From NCBI GenBank assembly GCA_047495785.1, contig JBLDXI010000009.1, forward strand, positions 5,270,001-5,334,000: a stretch of DNA of 64,000 nt. Direction: 5' to 3'. The notes beneath the pieces are model-generated. The model searched no databases and was not told where the DNA came from. It was given only the letters and a program-made list of their open reading frames with translations. Shown piece after piece: positions 12,949-23,391 of this stretch. The stretch comes from Lepidodermella squamata. Taxonomy: Eukaryota; Animalia; Gastrotricha. Numbering within the stretch: the stretch's first letter is position 1; each line of letters begins with the position of its first letter. The position numbers and the translations under genes are program-made.

Positions 12949-13441
12949 CGAAGTGCTCTTTCATACATAAATATGTATGAAATTTTAAACTTTCATACAT
13001 ATTTATGTATGACAAAATTAACTTTCATACATATTTTTTTTCATTAAATCGTGTTTTTTAGCCAAACTGTGATTAGGAATTGGGGTTAGGGGTTAGGGTT
13101 AGGTGCCAGGGTTCGGGTTCGGGTTAGGATTAGGTTTAGGGTTTGGTTAGGGTTCAGGGTTAAGGTTAGGGTTAAGGTAGTTCGAGTTTCGGGTTTTTCC
13201 GAAACTCAATTTTTGAGCCCTTGCGCTTCCCCAATAACCATTTTCATGCGGAAAAAATTGACTACGCTTTCGGAACCCCGTTTTTCTTATACATAAACCG
13301 AAAACTTGTCATCTGGCATTTCCCTGATGTTTTTAGCTTGAATTTAATGAAAAAAATATGTATAAAAGTTAATTTTGTCATACATAAATATGTATGAAAG
13401 TTTAAAATTTCATACATATTTATGTATGAAAGTTGGCACCC
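12949..13441 (+). mobile_element. MULE-type MITE with internal degenerate (TTAGGG)n, copy 1
   Basis: ~100-bp inverted arms of TTTCATACATA repeats; central telomere-like tract ~13083-13177; perfect 9-bp TSD TTTAAAATA. Confidence 0.8.
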
Positions 13442-13914
13442 TTTAAAATATTTACCATTATATTTTCTTCAGAATTTGTCATCATTATGGATTTTTCTCA
13501 GAATAGCTTGCAACATTTGGCTTAAGCTAAAAAATCGTAATTTACAAAAATTCTTGAAAACGCCATGATCTCGATTCACGCTGAACTCCTATGTTAATTC
13601 ATTCATATTTCTGATAATTAATTACGAAATTCTTAAAAGTTTAAAAATGCTTTTCCGGGCAAATCAATTATTCAACGGTTTATTTCGCTTCCAGTCAAAC
13701 TTGCAACATCCGCTGCTATTGCATGCCCTTGTATTGCCCTTGTATTGCCCTTGTATTGCAGGCCTAATGTAGGCCCTTGCAATTTTAGAAAGCCAAACCA
13801 GTGGCCAATATTGGCCATTGCTTCCGCAGTCGCCGCGTTGCGAACGCTTCAAAGTTGATCGAGGCGCTTAAGTTGAACAAAATTGCTATTATCTAAACTT
13901 TATTTTATTTTATT

Positions 13915-14409
13915 GGGTGCCAACTTTCATACATAAATATGTATGAAATTTTTACCTTTCATACATATTTATGTATGACAAAATTAACTTTCATACATAT
14001 TTGTTTTCATTAAATTCGAGCTGAAAACATTAGGGAAATGCCAGATGACTAGATTTCGGTTTATGTGAAAGAAAAACGGGGTTCCGAAAGAGTAGTCAAT
14101 TTTTTCCGCATGAAAATGGTTATTGGGGAAGCGCAAGGGCCCAAAAATCGAACTTTGTCGAAACCCGAAACTCGAACTACCCTGACCCTAAACCTTAACC
14201 GTGAACCCTAACCAAACCCTAAACCTAACCCTAACCCTAACCCGAACCCTGGCACCTAACCCTAACCCCCAACCCCAATTCCTAATCACAGTTTGGCTAA
14301 AAAACACGATTTTATGAAAAAAAATATGTATGAAAGTTAATTTTGTCATACATAAATATGTATGAAAGGGAAAAATTTCATACATAAATATGTATGAAAG
14401 CGCACTTCG
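13915..14409 (-). mobile_element. MULE-type MITE with internal (CCCTAA)n, copy 2 (inverted relative to copy 1)
   Basis: Near-identical reverse complement of 12949-13441, with its own 9-bp TSD TATTTTATT. Confidence 0.8.
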
Positions 14410-14522
14410 TATTTTATTTTGCATAGCATCGACATTCTGATTGAGTGTAAATGATAATTACGATCAGTACGATCAGTGCTCAAAAAACCGAACTTCTTCT
14501 TAAATAAGCTATCGTGATAACC

Positions 14523-14748
14523 TATTGAGGGTGATACTTGAGCCTCTGCCCCGAAATGACATAAATTCATGATGAAGCCATGGACTTCTTGCCTTTTATG
14601 TGTTCCTGAATTTCTGAAGCGATTCAATGTGCTTAATGTGTGCATCGGCTTGGGCATCAAATATATTTTCCAGATATATTTTGATTGGCTGAAAGCAATT
14701 TTTCGCAAGTTTTACTTTGTAGTTACGGTCTTCAATTTTGCATATAAC
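14523..14748 (-). repeat. Inverted diverged copy of the region downstream of PAN gene C (continues at 24314-24350)
   Basis: Reverse complement of 25681-25951, interrupted at ATATAAC by the 14749-24313 insertion. Confidence 0.75.
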
Positions 14749-15631
14749 CAGGGTTTTTTTTAAGATTTCGTTTGGTGTTTACAAAATCTTGTTTGGTATT
14801 TACACATAAAAACCTTAAAAACTTTGCGAATTAGCGAATGTACTGAACTTCCCGGCGGCTGATTTGGCATGCCCCGTACCCCGTTTTTTTGACAGAAAAA
14901 TTCGCGGAAAATTCCATGTCAAATGTTTTTAACCTTCAATATGCTGCATTACTTAGCATGGTCGAAATAAGAATACATATAGCATATCTACCTCCGCGAG
15001 CGAAGCGAGCTTTAGCTAACGGTTTTTTTTCTATAATTTTAGTTGAAAATAGTCTAAAATTGATTCGACATTACGAGTGAATGATTTCTTGCTGCAACTC
15101 TCGCGGCCCTGCAATTTTGAAAAATTTCCTTTCCCCATACTAAATCACCCTTATCAAACCTTAGGCGCCACACCGATTCTCGTGGTGTTACGCAGTGGTG
15201 CGCAGCGAGCGCGCGCGGGCGCACACAGCGGCGCTGTGGTGTTCCTAGTACTCACGCATTTGGCTATCTGAGCCCGCTTCAGAGCCAGATTTGGCCCACT
15301 CGCTCTACATGTTTAAACCCGAGCGCGCGCGGGAGGTTCGTGATAATTACACACCATCAACTCAGCGATGATCATTTAAGCACGAGAAGATCGTTTCATT
15401 TATTATTATTAATTATTGCAAAACACTATCATATAATTGCAGCTTTTCCCGCAGTTGTGTATCAAATTGAAAATATATTAACATTTTTTGTGTTCTACGA
15501 AAACACCAGTGCGAAAGAAACAGTAAAAACCGTGGTAGATTCTTCTTTTTTTTACGAAAACATCATGGTTAGAGAAACGGTAAAAAAGCGATGATGAAAT
15601 ATAGACGGCGACATATCAAGTGCGAAATTTA

Positions 15632-17842
15632 TTATTTCTTCGATTTCTTCCTGGCCAGCAGTTTCCTCGCTTTAGCAACAGATTTCGCAGCAGCATGGAC
15701 CTGGGTGTCACCGCGTCGCGACTCAGGGTGCAGCAGCGCGTTATGGCGATCGGCCTCGGCCTGCGACTTGAATGACCATTGGCATCCTTGGTAAGCGCAA
15801 CGGCGGACGGCCTTATTTGGGTAGTACTTATCAGGTAATGCGAAAAGGAAACGCTGTTGCTCGAATTCGAGGTAGTGCCCAACCCGCGTTGTTGAGGGGA
15901 CTGGGTCTGGGATTCCGTATTTATTGACGTAGTTAAAAAAACCGCTCTCAGCCTTTGGTTGCTTGCTGCAGACGGAGCACTTTTCCCGCTTTTTCTCGTC
16001 GCATCGTTTGAAAAAAAGAAAACCGATGCGCCGATCAGTGTGTGCACACATTAGCCGCAGTTCGGCTTTTAACGATTCTTGCGAACTGCTGAATCGCCCA
16101 GAAAGAATGCACTTCCGCTCCTCTTCTGACACGGCCTTAAACACAGGTTGTCGCAGCTCGGTAATACAGCGCATCGGTTTTTGAGCGTAAAGCTGACCGT
16201 TAATCGCAGCCCGGACACGTTCAAGGGCATTTGTCGCACACTCAGCACTTTGAGAAGGACCAGGCGGAAATTCGCTGGGTGGCGCGGTCGATTGTCCCAC
16301 GCACACCGTATTCGCGCGACTCCAGACTCGCTCGATCGGATTAAACGCGCTCGCCCCTGCCGCGTTCTGCGTCACCACCAAGGTTTCCAACTTCTGATCT
16401 AAAAAGAAGCGCCAATAAGCCAGCGCGTTGACAGCGCCGTCCGCAGTGTAGTCAGTTCCGCCATCGACGATTAAAATGACGTTGACATATCCGGGATGCT
16501 CGGGCATGACGTGCCACTTCATGTCCGAGATGTGGTCGAATACGCTGTTTTTCGAGCCAAATAGCGGGCAGCGATTGACAATCGTGATAGACTGATCACA
16601 TTTCCGCTTGTCATTTCCACCAACAAATTCGAGATTTTCTTGGCACAGATAGCCGGCCGGTATTATCTTCAGATCCTTATTGGGGTCAGGAAAATCGTGG
16701 TCAGAAAAATTCGGGGCGCTGCCAAGCATGTAGTAAAACCTGAGCGATGAAAAATATTAAATTATATTTCCGAGAAATTAATTTCAGAAAAATGCGCGAA
16801 TAATAATGCTAAATTTTAAGAGTTTTAAAATATAATAAAAAATGTTTACCTATTGCGGCAACGTCGACTAACAATAGGTCCACCGATGTTGATTTTGTTT
16901 TTCGTGTCAGCAGAGATGATCAGGACATTCGACTTGTTCTCACTCGCGATCTTGAAGAGTAGCTTATTGCGCCCTAGGTGCCAATGAACAAGGTCATCAT
17001 TCGCGCGACGGATGGTGCACACCAGTCGTTGAACTTTGAGCGAAATTAGCCCTTTGTAATCTTTTGCAGCTCTTCTGCCTCGATGAGGTGCAACGAGAAG
17101 GCGGCGTACGCTACTGTTTGAGCATTTGTATCCTTCCTAAAAATAATTATATAATTATAATTATATTAAAGCTATTTAAGCTATTTATAATTTTTTAGGG
17201 TGAGTACAAATGTGTCCCTTGAAATTAAATTAAAACGCCCCATTTTTGTAGCCGAAAATAAACGAGTGCACACTGGTTGCGTAATACGCACCAACAATCA
17301 CACAACGCCACGCTATATAAGTAATAATAAACCGCGCGCAGAATATACGTAAAATATGCCGTCTAAAATAAATCACGCCGCCGTATTTTCAAGTACATAT
17401 TACTTGGAAATACAATGCAAATTTGATTATCTTTTATGATATAATTTAGTCTGAAACTTATAACGAAAGATCGCGCGCTTAAAAGTTGACGCGCAAAATA
17501 TTGGAAAGAGGATAAAAACATGACAATAACAACAATAACAATAACAATAACAATAACAATAACACTAACCTTGAGCAAATGATCCCGCATATCGATAGTT
17601 CGCGTGGATATTGTTAAGTCAGGGCCGTGGCGGCGTGCAGCTGCCTGAATTCGGTCCGCTAAAAATCGGTTCAAGTTGTCGACGAGGCCGGTTTGCTCTT
17701 CGATGCCGGTTCTTCCGACGCGCGTGCGTTTCTTTGGCGGCGTGCCGTCATTTTCTGACGACGGTTTTGCTCGTTTTCGCGTACGAATAGGCATATTCGC
17801 AAGGTATGCAGTGATTTCTTTCGTGGCACGTGAGTTAATCAT
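15632..17842 (-). CDS. Zator/TP36-like DDE transposase; complement(join(15632..16739,16850..17136,17570..17842)), 555 aa
   Basis: In-frame GT-AG splices. Motifs SADTKNKINIG, FSDHDF...KIIPAGY, LIVDGG, NAAGASAFNPIERVWS; C-terminal C2H2 finger CAYQGCQWSFKSQAEADRHNALLH. Confidence 0.8.
17523..17563. repeat. (AACAAT)n microsatellite in transposase intron 1
   Basis: Direct reading of the hexamer array. Confidence 0.9.
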
Positions 17843-17973
17843 TTTTCAAATTTTCAAATGAAAGAACATAATGATGTCTAAAGGGACCTCCATTCTCGCG
17901 GACCAATGGCTATTCGGGTATTCATCCGGTTGAATGTGATTGGTCTGTTACGCATAAGACCGGCTTTTCTTAT

Positions 17974-20900
17974 GGATCTGGCTATTCGGACACAGAATTG
18001 TGTGTCACGCAATTGCTATTCGGACACAGTGTGTTTGCGTGACTGGCTACTCGAACACAAGTGGTGTTAAGTGGTGTGTGCGCGCTTTTGGCTATTTGAA
18101 CACACGCTTTAAAACCGATTAAGACACCATGTAACAAAGCGGAAACGGTTTATTAACCCATTTCTCTAGCCATTACTCAAAATACAAAAAAGAAACAAAA
18201 AACAGTAAGTTATTTTTTACGGTTGAAGGGCATTTGCGGCTTCCCTTTCATGCGACCAGAGTCCTTCCCTTGTTTAAAACTAAGGCCTTCACCTGGTAAG
18301 TAGTCAGTCGTTGTCGGGCGGAGAGGAACTAGTTCGACTTTGATTGCTGCACTTTTTCCTTTCTTCGGCTTGGACGGAAACCGGCTGAGCTGGCGATCGT
18401 TGAAACACTGCAAGAGGTGGTGACGCATGGCGGCCGGGTCGAAGACCACTCGAGTCGGGTCGTTACCCGTCAGAATTTCGACACAATACGCAATGGCGTA
18501 AACGCCGCAATCAAAGCCATTCGACTGCTGAGGCACCGGCAAGACGTGGACGCTGATGGCGCCGTCAACAGCATGCGCGGCGTATCGTTGGGTGATTTGA
18601 GCTTTCAGCGATTCGGATAACGGCCCGATCAGGCTGTTCATCAGTTTGACACCAGCCGGTAGCTTGCCGACGGTTATCGTCGTAGTGGCGACCCAGTGGT
18701 CCGACCCGCAATGATGTAGTTGAACGGTTTCTGCAGTGGTAGGCGGAAACTGCAGTTGTGACAACAGCGGCGTAGCAGCATCAACGCCCTCGGCCCGCAT
18801 CATGCTGAACAACTTGTTCGCCGCGTGCATGTGCTCGTCGCCCAGGTAGGTGTCGGTGCGCAGCACGAGGTAATCCTGCTCGCGCAAGCCGAGCTCGTCG
18901 GTGATTGGTCCCGGAAGTGACGAATGAGCGTCAGCGGGCGCACACGGCGCATCAAAGGCGGCGGGTTCCACCGGTGACTGTGTCGGCGTGTTGTTGATGT
19001 TGTTGTCACCCGGTGCCTGCTGCTGCTCGCCCGGCTGCTGCTGCGCGCCCGGCTGCTGCTGCTGATCCTGACGAGGCGTCGCTTCTTCATCACCCACCGG
19101 AAGGTCCTAAGAAACCGGAAGGTTTAGTACACTCGCAAACAAAGCAATAAAACAAGATGTAATTACCTTCACAACGATTTCGAAATTTTTCTGGGCTCGA
19201 ATCAAGTCAGCCAACTTTTCCAATTGCGAATAGTATCTGTCGAAGACACGATTTGGGTGTTGCGAGGCGAGGTCAGCAATAACCAGGGTCAGCTGTGACA
19301 TTTTTCGATAACGACCGGCGTTATCAGCCGGTCTGCGCCCTGCTCTCGGCTTGAAAGTTGTTTCGGTGAATCTGTAGGCCGCGAATTCTGCGTCGAAATC
19401 GGCCTCAACCGGTCGAAAGTTGGCAGCGACTGGCTCGCCCCCGGTGACCGGGCGAATAAAATCATTGAAATACTTGCTGTGGAACAGCATCTTGTCAAAC
19501 AACGGCTCTTCGTGCTTCGATCGTAAGAACAAGATGTGATGACACGGCATGGCCATGCTCATGTAAAACGTGCAGGAGCACTTGCTCGGCGTGGTATTAT
19601 AGTCTGCCTGATCGCCATTTTCGAACTTTTCGCGAACACCAACGCCGTGAACCAAAGCCATTGAACGAGTAACGGATCGCTTCAACGAGCCGTGAAATTC
19701 CGCCAGGGCATAGCTAAAAAACAGCAATTTTACAAATTTGTCCACAAATTCTGAAAATAACTTACGATGAAATTTCGTAAGACGCTTTATCGAGCAATTG
19801 TTCAAACTGGTCACCTCGGCGAACAGCGCGCTTCACAACGGTTTTCTCGGCCCGGCGGCGCTCGATAAACGAAATCAGAAACGGAATGAAAACTGGCATC
19901 GGTGGCTTGGTTGAGAAGCCGGCGCACATTTCTTCCTTCAAGGAGCCGAAAAATCGTTTAACGCGTCCAGTCGTGTTAGTGAGCATGATCGGGTAACTGC
20001 GGCGGGCGAAAAGGGCCCACATTTCGACGCAATTCAGCCAGTTGCGCTCGAAATAATCGGCCAACGGCTGCTCAGCCGTGCGCGCGATTTTCACGGTGAC
20101 GTGCGGTTGAACCAGCGCACGCCAACTGCCGACGGCCGTTTCGAAAAACTCCTCGCGCTTAGAACCGACCATCGCCTTGAAACCGTCGAACACTTCGCAC
20201 TTGAATTGCTGCAGGTCGTTGACTTCATTGTTTCGAATCGTAGCGATGACGTTTCTCATATACTTCAAGGCGTGGAAAATGCACAGCAAAATGATACAGT
20301 CCGGAAATATTTCGCGGAGTATGTCAATTTGATCAAAGTCTTTGTCAACGATAAAAAACCACGGCCCAGCGCCATACAAATTCTTGAACTCTTGCAGCAT
20401 GGACTTGACATTTTGCGAGCGTTCGTCAGCTAGGAGAGACACGCCTGCGACTCGAGTGCCGCCAGTGAGAGGACAGACGTAAACAAACGTACACAGCTTG
20501 TATTTTTCAACATTTGTCTTGAAAGTCGTATCAAGTAAGATGGTGTTCGGCTTGAGCTTGTTCATGTCGTTAATCATCGACGGTGTCGCAATGAAGAGCA
20601 CGTCGACGTTACCGTTCGCGTCACGGGTGGTGCGCACGATGCCGTCGCCCTCCTGCACAGCTGCCAGTGTCTCGTCCAGAACACGTCGGCTTTCGTCAGG
20701 GCTGATGCGGTGTTTCTGTAACAATAACGGCGTAATTAGCTAAATTCGGACAGGCATTAGGCTTATTTACCTGGGCTAAATTGTGAATTTGCTTGGCGGT
20801 GATGAGCTTGTTGGTTTCATTGCTCACATGATGGGCGATCGTCGACGCTTTCGCATTGTTCTTCAAATGGGACAGGATCTCAGCCTTCTTCGCCTCGTCG

Positions 20901-21556
20901 AGTTTTCGGTTGAAACAGTAGGTGGCGTACCGCTCCTCCGAGATGTCGTGGCTATGGCAGCGCACGACTTGGTTGATTTTCATCTGCCCGTCCTTCGTCG
21001 CAGTGCCGGTGATTTTTGCCGGACAAGCCAGGTAAGCCAAATTTTGATTCGGACGCTCGCCATTGGTGATTTGCGCCTTACGTTTATAGCCATGAGTACA
21101 AATGAGACGCAGAGCAGACTTGTCAGTGCCACGGCTGATAAACGGCTCCAAAGTTTGGTCCCGAAACCGGGGTAGCCAATTGTCCACGATGTAATCTCGA
21201 GACGGAAAAACGTCTCCTGGTTTTATACTAAGCTCACCTGATTCAGTAGACATTTCAGTAAACATTGTTTGAAAAGTTAAAAACCGGACTACCCAAGGCG
21301 CCCCCTTTTTATTCTGCGTTGTTACTCATCACTTCCGCTTTAATTACCGCTCAATAATCACCCAATCATTGCCTTATTAGCGGAATTACAGCGCGGCGCG
21401 GTGTGTGTTCAAATAGCCGTTTCCGCGCACACACCGCTGTGTTCAAGTAGCCAATCACGCATACACAGTGTGTTCAAGTAGCCAAAAGCGCGCACACATT
21501 GTGTTCGAATAGCCATTGCGTGACACACATTTCGGTGTGTCCGAATAGCCTCGTCC
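17974..21556 (-). mobile_element. Mutator (MULE) transposon nested in the Zator
   Basis: Termini GGATCTGGCTATTCGGACAC and GTGTCCGAATAGCCTCGTCC; subterminal GGCTAYTYGAACAC repeats; perfect 9-bp TSD TTTTCTTAT at 17965-73 and 21557-65. Confidence 0.9.
18210..21265 (-). CDS. MULE transposase-SWIM-Ulp1(C48)-like protease fusion; complement(join(18210..19106,19167..19713,19766..20715,20771..21265)), ~962 aa
   Basis: Three 52-60 nt GT-AG introns join four ORFs in frame. FAR1/WRKY-like CPAK..HSH domain; LLDTTFKTN, IVDKD, LLCIFH; SWIM CSC..PCHH; protease HW and QQSNGFDCGVYA. Confidence 0.85.
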
Positions 21557-22161
21557 TTTTCTTATTAATTATTAATTACCATCTCAGTCAACCATCATTC
21601 ATGTTCGCCTACGAGGCGCCTCATCATCGGCCTGAAATCGCGACGAGACGTCATAAAGTCCGATTGAGTCGTATTTTCCCGCGCCCAAAGTTAATAATAT
21701 TGGTTGACCGTCATCGCGGCGGCGGCCGTGAAATGAAACCGCGCTGTGTAAACTTGCAGCCGGAGTAGTAGCCGGCTGCATCAAAGATTGCTGCAGCCGC
21801 AACTTGTCGCTGCTATTAAACGTTAAAGTATCACACTTTTGATACCCGCGAGCGAGCGAGCGCGCGCACGCCCGGCTCGGGCGCGCAAAACCGCCCGCGC
21901 TCATGAAGCGGATGCGATGAGATATTATGTAGTAGTATATGTGATATAACATAACTGCGATCAAGTAGGCGATAAAATTTAGCGTACAAAGAGTTGCGTT
22001 TAGCGCCAATTTTTCGCGTTAACCTGGGCATTTTTGTTGTTTATGCTATACAGTATATTATCTGCTGCATTGTTGTTTGCGTTTATTTATGATTGTAATT
22101 CAAAAATTCTCAATTTATTATTCACGCTATTAGCCTTCTTCAATATTTCATTTGATCTCTC

Positions 22162-23391
22162 ATGGCGTCTTCAACCGCTTACGTCCCGAAATTCGAACAC
22201 TTCAAGTCTGCAAAATACGTGAATTTCCATGGCGATACCGACCAGAAAACGCTTTACGCGAGCCTCGTTTATAAGGCTAGCCACGTACCTGCAAACTACA
22301 AGCAACAAGCGAAAGCCGGCAAGTCGAAAGGCTTGCGTGTTTGCTACTGGCCTCACACTAACGAGGCGTTCGTGGCCAGCAAATTCTACAGCACGGTGCC
22401 GAGTGACTGCCAGCTATCTTCACGAGATCAGCCTCAGCCCAGTCAATTCTGGCTCGATTTTCTTGAAGATAAGAAACAACGCCGCGTTCCGAAAAAAGCC
22501 GGGCATGTTGACGAGTCACAAGTCAGCGAAATCGGAGATGAATCACTGTCTTCATCACGAATGTCAAGTCCTACCTCACGAATGTTCGACGGTGAGAAAT
22601 CATCATCGCCTGCGCCGAGGCCAAAACCTAATCTCGAGCTCCCGACATTTTTCCAGCCTGAGTCTAAATTAGCACCAGCAGAATTGAAAATGATGAAGGC
22701 CGACTTGCTCTTCAGCATTCGATCTCAATCTCAATTTACCAACGACGTAGTTAAGAAAGCCGTTGATGCTGTTGATGTCAAAATTCGAGCTGAAATTGCT
22801 GTTTCCAACGAGGCCATAATGGCAAAAATCACCGAATTACATAACATGATGGCTCAGTTAATTAAGGCGGCGCCGCCTCGCGAGGCGATTGACGCGCAAT
22901 CCGTGCCTTTATCCGATGACAATCAAGCCGAAGACGAACGTACTCTTGGCCAAAGCGTCATCAAAATTGATAAGAAAGGCGAATTGAACGGTTTTTTCGA
23001 TGTTGGTGGTGATGAACGTTTCCCGATGCGAAAGCGAGATTATCACAATATCCTGGCGTCCTACTCAGAACAGGTCGACATCCTGGAAGCGCTGCTCAAG
23101 TACTTCATTGCCGAATCAGATCGATTCGATAGCGACGGCCGTCCATCGCTAACACACAATCACGACCTTTTTACCGCATGCACGTCCGAGGTGTATAACA
23201 ACAACAAGCGCTATGCGGCTTACGTCTACCGCACACACATGAAGATGTTGATCGACAAGCGCGTGGCTACTCGTCAAGTGCGTTCGACGGCTAAAAGTCG
23301 CACTCCCGCTGCACGTTCGACGAGTTCGCGTCCTCAAGCAGGTGCATCATCCGGGCTGAGCAGCTATGACGACCTCTCATCCAGCAACTGA
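22162..23391 (+). CDS. Zator passenger/accessory protein, 409 aa, unknown function (possible PWWP-like + coiled coil + BEN-like)
   Basis: Long uninterrupted ORF wholly inside the Zator TIRs, divergent from the transposase. Heptad region aa ~195-236; helical C-terminal domain EALLKYF...LFTACTSEV...MLIDKRV. Confidence 0.75.
   Translation: MASSTAYVPKFEHFKSAKYVNFHGDTDQKTLYASLVYKASHVPANYKQQAKAGKSKGLRVCYWPHTNEAFVASKFYSTVPSDCQLSSRDQPQPSQFWLDFLEDKKQRRVPKKAGHVDESQVSEIGDESLSSSRMSSPTSRMFDGEKSSSPAPRPKPNLELPTFFQPESKLAPAELKMMKADLLFSIRSQSQFTNDVVKKAVDAVDVKIRAEIAVSNEAIMAKITELHNMMAQLIKAAPPREAIDAQSVPLSDDNQAEDERTLGQSVIKIDKKGELNGFFDVGGDERFPMRKRDYHNILASYSEQVDILEALLKYFIAESDRFDSDGRPSLTHNHDLFTACTSEVYNNNKRYAAYVYRTHMKMLIDKRVATRQVRSTAKSRTPAARSTSSRPQAGASSGLSSYDDLSSSN

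Noticed and set aside
13083-13177. True telomere or chromosome-fusion site
   Set aside because: Short degenerate tract lying inside a TSD-flanked MITE that is present twice.
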